From positions 12,736,161 through 12,800,160 of the forward strand of contig CAVNZM010000001.1 in assembly GCA_963693365.1 (NCBI GenBank): a DNA stretch of 64,000 nucleotides, in the 5' to 3' direction. The notes under the pieces were generated by a model. That model worked only from the letters and a program-made list of their open reading frames with translations. It was not told where the DNA came from and did not search any database. Position 1 is the stretch's first letter, and each line of letters starts with the position of its first letter. The stretch comes from Amoebidium appalachense (Eukaryota; Protista; Ichthyosporea). Of this stretch, positions 40,201 through 51,800 are shown one piece after another. The translations under genes and the position numbers were made by a program.

Positions 40201-43200
40201 AGCTATGCTCCGGTGGACTGCCCTCAACTGAACGGCTGTGTTGAACGTCGTATGCGGTTCCTCCAAGAGATTGTTCGTTGCCTCCTCCATCAAGTCCAAG
40301 ATCAGTCTCTGTCCCCCAAACTGTGGGCTGAGGCCCTCCAACAGGCCGCCTACATTATCAACGTCACCCCGTCCACGACTGCCAATGGTCGTACACCATT
40401 CGAGGTTTTCTACGGTGTCAAGCCCGACATCTCCGAGCTCAAAGTGTTCGGTTGCCCTGCCTACACTCATGTGCCAGCCTCTAAACGGAACAAGCTGGCC
40501 CCCACCGTCAAACTCGGCATGTATATCGGCTATGATCTTCAATCACACTGCCACCGGATCTTCAATCCCACCACCCATTGTGTCGGCCTCTTCCGTGATG
40601 TGATTTTCGACGAATCAGCTTATCTCCCGTCCGACATTCCATCAACACTTCCGACCCCCGACACCACTGCTACTTCGACCACCCCACCCCCCACAGTTGA
40701 CACTGAAGATGATGTTTGTCTGGTGTACTCTGGCCCCCCTCCTGCCATCGTCGTTCCCCCGACACCCCCCCCCCACCGGCCCCCCTGCCCCCGTGCCCGT
40801 CCAGCCTGCCGACCCTCATCCTGCCCCTGGCAACGTCACACCCATCCGACCCGGGTCCCCCGACAACTTCCACTCGGCCCCGTCCAGCCCGGAGGTTGCC
40901 CCCCCTGCAATTCCGAACTTCCAAGTTCCCCCCCCCCCCGTCTCCACCTCCCCCGGTTCCTGCACCCCGTCGTTCTGCCCGTCTACAGGGCAAGGTTGGA
41001 CTTCAAGCCACCACCACCCTGCCAGTCCCCCCCGGTCCCCCCATCAACATCGACCAACTACCCAAACTTGTCCGTCAACTGTGTTCCGGACCCAATGGTG
41101 ACCAGGTCAAGTCAGCCCTCACTGCTGAGTATCAAGCCTTCGTCGACAAAGACATCTTTGAACTTGTTGACCCTCCCCCTGGTGCTAACATCGTCGGCTT
41201 CAAGTGGATTGTCTCCGAGAAAACTCTCAACTCGGCTGGTGACACCAAGATCAAGGCCCGTGGTGTTGCTCAAGGCTTCAGTCAGCAATACGGTGTTGAC
41301 TATGAGTTGATTGAGAGCCCTGTCATCCGTCCGGCTGCTCTCCGTGCTATCCTAGCTCTGGCCGTTGTTGAAGGTCATGACATCCATCAACTCGACGTGT
41401 CTACGGCCTTTCTCAACAGCCCACTCACCGAGACCATCTACATGAAACAACCCCCGGGATTCATCACCATGGCCACACTTGGCAAGGTCTGGAGACTCAA
41501 GAAAGCCCTGTACGGCCTCAAGCAGGCCTCCAAGGCTTGGTACGACTTCCTCGACGGCATTCTTCTTGCCCATGGCCTGACCCGTACTAAGACAGACCCG
41601 TGCATCTACCTCCGGTTCTTCCCCAACAACGATGTGGTTCGGGCTGGTAACTACGTCGACGACTCCACCATCACCAACACCCGGGGTTCTACTGCTGCCA
41701 GTGACCTGGCTGCCCACATCAGCAAGATGGCCAGCTGTCGTATGAGTCCATTTGACCGTATGCTCGGTGTTGATTTTAATCACTCTGATCCCCATCACCT
41801 CCACATGCACCAGAGGTCTTACATCATGGAATCCGATATCATCCACGACTTCAACCTCACCGATGCCAAGTCCAAGTCTACCCCCATCCCTGCAGGCACC
41901 ACCGTCTCCCTGGCTGACTGCCCCCCCCAACCGTTCACCGTGCCCTACCGTGAGTTACTCGGCCGTCTCCTCTGGGTGGCACGGTGCACACGTCCCGACA
42001 TTGCCTATGCCATCGGCTTCCTTGGTCGGTTCAGCACCAACCCCGGCAAGACTCACTGGGACCTTCTCCGTCGTGTGGCCCGGTACCTGCTCGGCACCAT
42101 TGACCTTGGCATTGACTACAAGTACTCGGCCACCCAGCCCCCCATACTCGAATGCTACACGGATGCTGACTTTGCTGGTTGTGCCGACAGCAAGAAGTCT
42201 ACCACCGGCTACATCATCGAGTTTGCTGGTATGCCCATCATCTGGTACTCCAAGCTCCAGCCCATAACGGCCACCAGCACCACTGAAGCTGAGCTGATTG
42301 CTCTCAATGCTGGCACCCAAGAAGTTGCTTGGGTCCGTGACCTCTTCAAGGAACTCGGCTGTCCCATGCTTGCTCCGACTCCGGTGTACTGTGACAACCA
42401 CTGGCAGTCGACCATTGCCATCGTCAACTCCACCGGCATCAAGCACCGTACCAAACACATTGCCGTCCGGTATCACAACACCAAGGACTACATTGCAAGT
42501 GGGGACGTGGTTGTCCACTACGTTGAGTCAGCCCACAACTTAGCTGACATCCTCACCAAACCCCTCCCCGGCCCGAGTCATGTCAACCATCGTGCTCGAC
42601 TTTGTTTACCGGATATTGTGGATTGACCCGTCCTACTTCAAGAGTGATTTTCTAATGTTTACTACTTCCTTTATCATAATCATTATTTCATATGAATATT
42701 GCCTTTGTGGGTATGCCCACTTAGGGTTTATATGTAAGGTTTGACCTGTACCATGACTCTACTCTATCTTTCACTGGTTTAAAACCCAGTTAATCAAACC
42801 CCGACTATACACGTTATACATATTCGTTGTTTTGGTTCCTTCCCCCCCCCCCCCCTCCCCCCCCCCCTTTCCCCCCCCTTCCCCCCCCCCTCCCCCCCCC
42901 TTCTCCCCCCCCCCCCCCCCCCCCCCGGGAAAAGTACACACTTTAATTTTTTTTTTCGTTTCTGTTCTCAAGTGGGGAGATTTCACTAGTTCAGTGGGGA
43001 TATGATAACACAAACTTCAAAGTCTTAAGTGGGGATGTTGTAATACGTAGTATTTACATATGGTAAGATCTTCTCAGTTTGTGTTATGTTTCAGTTCATA
43101 TGCTTAGTGTAAATGCCACACTCCTATTATGTAAAGTGTAGCATCGATCTCCGATATGCTTGTATACTTGTAATCGTGTTGTATCGGCTCTAATCGTGTA

Positions 43201-43964
43201 TTGTAAAATCGATTAGAATATTTATGTGTGTACACGGATCCACCCACTCAGGGAGAGATGTGTACATGTTCGTGTGTACATAAATATCTCTGGTTATAGT
43301 TATGCTATTACTATCTTTTTTGTTGATCTGTGCTCTCTTTTCCTTTCTCTTTCTCCTTCCTTATTTTCTTTTCTTTCTCTCCTTGTCTTCATGTGTATAA
43401 TCGTGTTTCTTTTCTACTAATATATGTTAGGTAGATTTGTGTTACTTAATACGTGTTCATTGGACGATGACACACTTAGGCTACACTTAGATTAGCATGT
43501 GTGTTTAGACTTCGTTAATTTACTTTAGTTTTCATGTGTTGCCGGGCTTTAACCAATCATCAAGGTTAAGTGTGATATGTCTGAGTCTTTGCAGTATGTC
43601 ATAGGTTACTAATAGAACTTCCTTGATGATGACACGAGTTGACCTTAACTAGTGTCTGTGTCCTATCATGTACGTCTCCGCGTACCGGATCTCTCTGAAA
43701 GCAATTGGTTCTTAGTGATTGGTTTCTATTAGCGATAGATCTGATTTCCGACTGGTCGGAAATCATGTATGGATTGGACTTAGAGGAATTTCAGGTATTT
43801 ATTCGAAGATCAGAATAAATTCAGTCTAGTCGTGTCTAAACATTGATGTCTGTTGTGTACACTGCTCCGATCGTTCCGTGTTTTGTTGTTGTGTGTGTCT
43901 GTGGTGTTTTCACACTGCACCACTGTGTCTCTGCTTTCATCCCAAATACTTATACAATTTAACA
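37217..43964 (+). mobile_element. Copia family 1, copy B, full length, TSD CAGTA
   Basis: LTRs at 37217-38141 and 43036-43964 (~5 differences by eye). PBS GGTTATGCAACCC at 38142. PPT AAGTGGGGA before 43036. CAGTA at 37212-37216 and 43965-43969. Confidence 0.98.
38204..42626 (+). pseudogene. Copia gag-pol of copy B; frameshifts at ~38347 and in poly-C tracts ~40770-41040, plus two 6-bp insertions
   Basis: ORFs 38030-38476, 38473-41310 and 40716-42626 carry all copia motifs through NLADILTKPL. Confidence 0.95.
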
Positions 43965-45925
43965 CAGTAGGAGCATGCTTTCACGGACGGGTTGTTAGAA
44001 CGAGCCGGGGAATCAGAACGACGGGAACCCGAGAAACGGGAACGACTGGGGGAACGAGACGTGGACCGGAAGGCAGGCCGGTGGGGGGAACGGGATCGGG
44101 TGTGCTGACGGGAGAGACGAGTTCGGAGATCCGTGCCAGGGGTACGGTCAAGTCGGTTGCGTAAGTCACGTTGAGGAAGATCACGGGGGGGAGCACTGGC
44201 ATTTAATGCCATGCTGGACTTGGAGGCACGGTGGGCACGGTTGCTCCGGAGTTGCATCTTGAGGTCTTGACGTAACTCGATGCCCTTGACGTGGTTGTGG
44301 AGGGACTCGAAGTCGGGGAATAGCTTATCACCGAAGTGATAGTCTTCGATAAGACGGTTGAACTCAGGGGTGAGGTCGTCTCTGGTGGTGAGTTCATTGA
44401 AGAACTTCTCAGCTAGACGAGTGAAGTGAATGGACTCATCTTGGAGGGACTGGAGCTGGTTCACGATGGTCTGCAGACGACTCAGGTAGGTGGTGAATGA
44501 TTCACCGGGCTGAAGGGCACAGGCATCCCACTGACGGTGAAGGATGCGGATCTGATCGGGTTTGCCTTGGAGGTAGTGTTGACGGAATTTCCACATGGCC
44601 CGTTCAGGGTCCATGCCAATACGGTACTGGGCAACGGTGGTGAGCACGGAAGGGTCGATGTTCTGAATCATATGGAGCAGGAGGCAATTGCGGGCCTCCT
44701 TGAGCTCCGCGGTAGTGCCGTAGCCGTAGAAGGGGGGTTCACCGTCAACCGCGACGGTGGTAGGGGGGACATAGTTGTCAGCAAGTACAACATCCACAAG
44801 TCGGACACCTTTAGTGCCGGTCATCATGCCGAGAAAAATGATTTCCCATTGAAAATAGGTGGTTTTGCTATCGGGACCAGTCTTCCCTTCAGCTTTCCAC
44901 ATGGTTATTTTGTTTACACCAGTTTTGTTTGGATCCATGATTGAAAAACGATCGCTAGTTCTAGATGTGTGTAAGGAGCGTGCAAAAGGGCTGCATAACC
45001 TATAAAATTATATAAGTATTTGGGATGTAAGCAGAGACACAGTGGTGCAGTGTGAAAACACCACAGACACACACAACAACAAAACACGGAACGATCGGAG
45101 CAGTGTACACAACAGACATCAATGTTTAGACACGACTGAACTGAATTTATTCTGATCTGCGAATAAATACCTGAAATTCCTCTAAGTCCAATCCATACAT
45201 GATTTCCGACCAGTCGGAAATCAGATCTATCTCTAATAGAAACCAATCACTAAGAACCAATTGCTTTCAGAGAGATCCGGTACGCGGAGACGCACACGAT
45301 AGGACACAGACACTAGTTAAGGTCAACTCGTGTCATCATCAAGGAAGTTCTAACCTATGACATACTGCAAAGACTCAGACATATCACACTTAACCTTGAT
45401 GATTGGTTAAAGCCCGGCAACACATGAAAACTAAAGTGAATTAATGAAGTCTAAACACACATGCTATTCTAAGTGTAGCCTAAGTTTGTTACCGTCCAAT
45501 GAACATGTATTAAGTAACACAAATCTACCTAACATATATTAGTAGAAAAGAAATACGATTATACACATGAAGACAAAGAGAGAAAGAAAAGAAAATAAGG
45601 AGGGAGAAAGAGGAAGGAAAAGAGAGCACAGATCAACAAACAAGATAGTAATAGCATAACTATAACCAGAGATATTTATGTACACACGAACATGTACACG
45701 TCTCTCCCTGAGTGGGTGGATCCGTGTACACACATATAAATATTCTAATCGATATTACAACACACGATTAAAGCCGATACAACACGATTACAAGTATACA
45801 AGCATATCGGAGATCGATGCCACAATTTACATAATAGGAGTGTGGCATTTACACTAAGCATATGAACTGAAACATAACACAAACTGAGAAGATCTTACCA
45901 TATGTAAATACTACGTATTACAACA

Positions 45926-47630
45926 AACAGATGGGCCCTGGCAGGCTGGCGTCTTTGGGCGGGACCGCAAGAGCCGGCGCCAGACTCTTTCCCAGGCACC
46001 TGCGACAACTGCAAGGCGCGGGGGCAACGTGTGGTGTAAACAGCCCCGTCGTGGGGGGCAGGGACGTCAGTGACCGTGTTGCTGGTATGAAGGTTTTATT
46101 AGGGGGTAGGCCGTCTCTTGGGTTGTTGTTGTTGTATGGGAGTTGTGTGGTGTTATTTTTCGGCGAGTTTTCTACTGGTGCCTGGCGTTTTCGACGTGTG
46201 TATGAGTCCTGTGTTGGCGACGTGTGTGGTTAGGGTCAGTGGAATAGAAAGTCCTGCTGCTGTCTGGGAGCTCGGCCCCCTGACGAGGGGGCTGGGGGGG
46301 GGTCGAAGTGTAGTCATGGCAGTGGCAGGCCCCCACTGTTGTGAACCCCCGTCGTCAAAGGGCCTGGTGCTGAGGCCCCTTGGAGTGGCTGCCCTGGGCC
46401 TGGTGTTGAGGCCCTTTGGAGTGGCTGCCCGTAGTGTTGTTGAGTAGTGTTGTGGTGCCCAGTGCAGCAGTAGGCCTTAGACACACCGCTGGGTAGGGCA
46501 CGGTTCAAGGCGGAGGCATTCCCAAACCACCGGGACCTACGTAGTAGGTGTCTTTGTCGGGTAGGGGAATGGCCAGCAAGAGAGTCTGGAGGTGTACGTC
46601 ACATGAGTCTGGAGGTGTTCGTCACGGCATGTTTGGTTGTGTTAGGAATTCTTTGTGGATGGGGCATGCTGAGTGTGGTTGTATGGATGGCGTCTGGCAT
46701 CATGTCTGTTGCTATGTTCCACTCGATATAACATGGTGCCAGGGGCATGGGGTTTTGGGTGCAGGTTGTGGACGGGGGCAGAGGTGCATCTACAGGGCAA
46801 CGTCAGTGGCGGTTCATATTATCCTTGTTTTGGGGTTGGGTTGGGTACTAACCATGCTGGGGTGGTGCGGGGATGCATGTATATGTTTTTTATGTTATAT
46901 GTTATATGTTGCTTCCTGCATGGTTAGCGGTAGTTGTAGTCGCTCAGCACATAACTTTATTTTGTTTTTAGGTAGTTTTTACTGAGGTGGAACTCAGTTA
47001 TTTTTTGTGCGAGGGGGGAGTTGTCATGTGCTGAGCTGATTCGTATTAGTTTGCTTCTATATTTTGTGTTTTGGTGAGTGAATTTCGGGGGTTTTCTTGC
47101 ATAGTGATGCCGGGGTCTAAGTGGGGTATGAGGAGATTTATCAGTGGTATGGGGAGAACCTGATGCGGCGGCGGCTGATTGTTAAAGCTGCGCAGCGTGC
47201 ATGCGCCACGCCTCTGCGTACTCTCCATGTTAAATGTTGTATTGCTTCTTGCTGTGTGCTTGGCGAGACCCATGTTGCCTGCTCGCGTGTGTGTATGCTT
47301 ATATGTATTGTGAGTAAAGGTGTGTACGTGTTGTAGTGCTGTAGGGGTGTCTGAGGTGGCGGTAGCCAATGGTGTGGAGTGCGTGTAGTCTGTGGGGGAG
47401 GGAGTGTTGTGATTGGCTGAATGTCACTGTGGTATTTGTCTGGCCAGTGGGCCGCGTGTCTGTGAAGTGTCTCGCGGGGTCGCGGGCTTTTCGAAGTTCT
47501 TCTAAGAACACGTTTTGTCTCGCTTCCCACCCAACTCAAAGAAAAGTTTATAGGTATACACGGTTTTAAGCCCCTTTAAGCGTGCAGATAGTTAGAGTAG
47601 TTCGTGTACACTCTGTTTGTTGCCACGACA
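45926..47630 (+). mobile_element. 3' end of a second gypsy-like LTR element (non-coding tail, PPT, LTR 47022-47630)
   Basis: ACTGAGGTGGAACTCAG hairpin plus GAGGGGGGAG PPT, as at 34791-34831. LTR termini TGTCATG...CACGACA (6/7 inverted match). Confidence 0.7.
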
Positions 47631-47648
47631 GGGGGGGGGGGGGGGGGG

Positions 47649-47686
<38 letters not shown>

Positions 47687-47807
47687 AAAGAGAAAGGGGA
47701 GAGAGGGGGGAGAGCACAAAGAAGGGGAGCAGACACGAACACAAACAAAGCTAAGACACATACATACTTCAAGACTCGTGCTGTCCTACGTAGTGACGTA
47801 TTCCAAC
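47631..47807 (-). repeat. 5' fragment of a diverged copia family 2 LTR
   Basis: Reverse complement matches GTTGGAATACGTCAC...CTTGAAGTATGTATGTGTC...CTTCTTTGTGCTCTC(CT)n poly-C of the LTR at 48611. It is cut inside the poly-C tract. Confidence 0.9.
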
Positions 47808-48610
47808 TAAACATGGGGAAGGGGGTCATCATGGGCTAACCAAACATAAACATGGGGAAGGGGGTCATCATGGGCCCACTCATGTTAGTGTTAAGCCCCC
47901 CTGCAGGCATGGCCGGGAAACCAAAAGGCCACTGCTGCACCGGCCTGACCCACAACCCCGGTGGTTACACCCACAGTTAGATGGTGTTGTACAGTCCCGA
48001 CCCCGTGGTGAATGGTCACGGGTGCGTGCGCGAGAAGACTCCCGTTCTGGAGTGCGGTTGCGCTGGGGAGAGCGGTTGCGCGAGCGAGCACGCTCGTGCA
48101 CACACCCGCGCTCCTTGCTGCGCTCATGCGCTCACCACCGCGCTCGCGCTCACGCACACGCACACGCTCAGGGGACCGGCTACGACGAGAAGGAGAACGG
48201 CGCCGCGGGCGAGGGGAGCGGGAACGGTCGGCATCACGGTCAGGTGATGGTGAACGGTACTCACGGCCAGGGGTGGGCGGGTTGTAGTTGTATCCCCACT
48301 GGTCATCTGCCAAAACCCCATAATAGTTATTCCGTAAGTAAACATCACCCTCCTGGGTCTCACCCTGATTGCCAACTGCCTGTTTATTCCCACCAGCCTG
48401 GCTGCCAACACCACGTGCACCCCTCTTTTTAACAGGAACCCACCCAGCTTCTCTCAGGGCTTGGAATGCACGCAATGCCTCAGTCTGCCGGCGCAACACT
48501 TCCTCCGTGTTGCTAGCATCTACCCCCATAACCTCAGCGGCATGATCAAGTAAAGAACGTTCCTGTGTGCTAGGGTCACGTGCATGTGGGGGTACAGTCA
48601 GGTCAGGCTC

Positions 48611-48760
48611 TGTTGGAATACGTCACCATGTATGACAGCAAGAGCCTTGAAGTATGTATGTGTCCTAGCTTGTTTGTATTCGTGTCTGCTTTCCTTCTTT
48701 GTGCTCTCTCTCTCTCTCTCTCTCTCTTTCTCCCTCTCCCTCTCTCTCTCTCTCTCTCTT

Positions 48761-48838
<78 letters not shown>

Positions 48839-51800
48839 CCCCCCCCCCCCCCGTATCTCTCTCTCCCTAAGGCTTGTTTCTGTGGGCACAGATATCTGTA
48901 GATCTGTGCACACCTGGCTCTCTTGCCTGATAAGAACTTATTGTATTTTATTTCTGTTTGCTCTCCTCTGTTTATCTGAGAGGTAGCGTGATTGGCTAGC
49001 CTCACTGGTTGTCTTTCCTTTATTTCAAAATGGCTTAGTTTTGTTCTCAAAAGGATGGCTCGCCAATAGTCGCGAGCGAGTACATCTGTAGATTGTGTTG
49101 TGCATTCCTGTCTATTAATATATGTGTGTTGTGATTGGACAATAGATATATATGGAATTCGGTTTATTGCAAAGTGTCTTCACTTTGAGAGTGTCGACTA
49201 TTAGGAAATATATGTATTTAAATAAGTTTCTTTATAGAGACGAACATAAATATATATGTGAGTTAATAGTGACTAGATGTATAATTACTTAATTTATTTA
49301 AGTAAGAGTTTCTAAACTTTAGTTTAATCGGAAGTTGGAATGCGTATGCTCTGTCGGAATGTGTTTTTCTATCTTCTGATAGAACCGATTGGTTCTCCCT
49401 CTTTAGTTGTGATAAGGTGATAAGTCGCAAGTACAAAAGGAACCGAGAGCACAATAAAGATTCAGTTGTTGTTTGAAATCTTTCAATGTCTCGTGAACAA
49501 CTCCGATTGCCCTCTCATTAATGTGTTAGTCGTGTTTTACATGACACCTCTGTGCACTCTGCTCCCTTAGACCCGTACAAAACAACAGGTTAAAGGCCCA
49601 GTTTTCGCACGCTCTCGCAACACATACTCTCGCTGCAATCGAAAATATTCAAATTTGAATACCGATCTGATTCCTCTCTCACGCATCATCTGACTGATTG
49701 ATCACCATGTCGGAGAAACCTGCGTATCTCAACCTCACCCCCTGGAAAGGGGATGACACCACGGACAAGAAGTCCGGCAAACGTCTCACCTATTATGAGT
49801 GGGAACCCGTCATCTTCCGGTACCTACGTACTACCACCGCGGCCAAGTTAGTGCCCGTCATCAAGGCCCCCGAGTGGGTCGACCCTTCCGACGAGAACGA
49901 GTGGCACGGCTATGACACTGAGGAGGCCTACACCGAGGCTTCCAACTTCCTTGAACAGATGTTTACTCAACTCGTCTCCAATGATGAGCTGTATAACTCT
50001 GGTCAAATCCACGATGATGTGTCACCTGCCCAAGCTTTCCACAACCTCCGTATGACCTATGCGGCTGAACGTGAAGATCGTGCTCGTCAAATCCTCCTCG
50101 ACTACCATGAGCTTGAACTCAAGGACTTCAAGACCGTCACGGCCTACCTCACCATGGCACGCCGTCTGTGCACTACCCTGCACATCCTCGAAGAGCCCAT
50201 CCCCCACAAGACTATGGTTGATAACTTCTTCATCCACCTCAAGAAGAACCGTAAGTTAGTTTGTACCGACATCCAGGCCATGATTGCCGACTACTTCCGT
50301 CGTACCATCAACTACGAGACCTACAACCGTCTAATCAGTGACATCCGAGCTGCAGAGATCCGTGAAGGTCTCATCGACTCTGGGTCCGGGTCCTCCTCCA
50401 CCGTCCGAACAGCACGTGCCCTGCAAAGCCGTGTCCTCACCAAGGACGACCTCAGACACCGGATCCCCCGACGTGACAGCTCCGTCTCCCGTCACCCCCG
50501 TGGTCGTCCCACCGATCGATCCCCCTCAGTTGACCGTGATTACTCCCGGTCCCGTTCCCCCGGCTATCGTTCCCGGTCACCCTACCCCCCACGTAAAGGG
50601 GGTAACCGTCATTCCCAGCCACCCTGAGCCAAGACCACTGGCTCCCTCGACTGTGCCTACTGTCACGAAGACCATCATGTCACACAGTGTGACAAACCTG
50701 GCTGCTCAATTGCCCGTCGTCATCGTGCCAGCACCAAGTCTGGAAAAGAGGTGCATTTTGCCCTCGTGTCCACCACGGCCTCCCTACCCATGGACCCCTG
50801 CTGGGACTCGGCTTCAAACGTCCACGTGTGCCCAGTAAAGGAGTACTTCTCTACTCTTGAGCCATGCCCCCCGACTGACGTCCACGGCCTCGGCATCGTC
50901 ACTGCACATCACCGTGGTGTCATCAACCTGGCCGTCACCTACAACGGAGTAACATCAGTACTGAGCCTCAACACCCTCTATGTACCCGACTCCCCAGCCT
51001 TCCTGATTTCACCCTCAATGGCCTCCAAGTCGGGTCTCCGTGCCCACCTCGATGATGAGGATGAATTCCCATCCTACCTCTACACTCGTGGTGGCAACAT
51101 CGTGTGTTCCCTCACAGGCACAGATGGACTGTACTTCATCACCGACTATGAGATACGTCCCTCCATCCCTCGGACCGTCACTGCTCTGGTAGCCAACGTC
51201 AAGGTCAACAATGATCCTCAGCTCTGGCACCACCGTCTCGGCCATCGTGCCCTGTCCACCCTCACCAAGATGGTGAGAGGTGACCTCGTGACAGGCCTCC
51301 CCTCATCCCTCTCAGTGGCTGACACCACTGACTGCTTCGGTTGTGTCTCCGGCAAGACCACCAAGGCCCCATTCTCCGGCACCAGAACCCAGTGCCCCTT
51401 CCCCGGTGCCAAGTGGCACATGGACTTCTTCGAGCCTCCCTGTGCCTCCTATGGTGGCTACAAGGTGGCCCTCGTGTGTACCTGTGATGCCTCCGGCTAC
51501 ACCATCGTGTACCTCCTCCGTGATCGATCCGAAAGTCTCGAATACGTCAAGGCCCTGGTTGAGACTACTGACAAGCAACCCGACAAGGTGGTGACCCACT
51601 TCCGATCAGACTCTGGGTCCGAGTTCACCTCCCATGCTATGGAGCAGTACTGCCAGTCCAAGGGCATCATACAGGAATTTGCCCCGGTTGACTGCCCCCA
51701 ACTCAACGGCTTCGTTGAACGTAAGATGAGGGATCTGCAGGAGATCGTTCGGTGCTTCCTTCATCAGGACAAGGCCGACTCCCTTTCCCCCAAGCTGTGG

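Larger units (their letters stand above)
35279..45925 (-). mobile_element. Copia family 1, copy C (3'-truncated before RT), split by the copy B insertion
   Basis: 5' LTR at 45001-45925, PBS ending at 45000, gag at 44938-43970, continuing at 37216-35279 (PR, IN). The break is in the Zn knuckle CSYC|HEPDH. Confidence 0.96.

Noticed and set aside
40760-41045. Programmed frameshift between integrase and RT
   Set aside because: The shift positions differ between copies A, B and C and fall in poly-C runs, so slippage or sequencing error is more likely.
45960-46038. FPGTCDNCKARGQ, a Zn-knuckle-like peptide
   Set aside because: It is short, lacks the His and final Cys, and ends in a stop, so it cannot support a CDS call.
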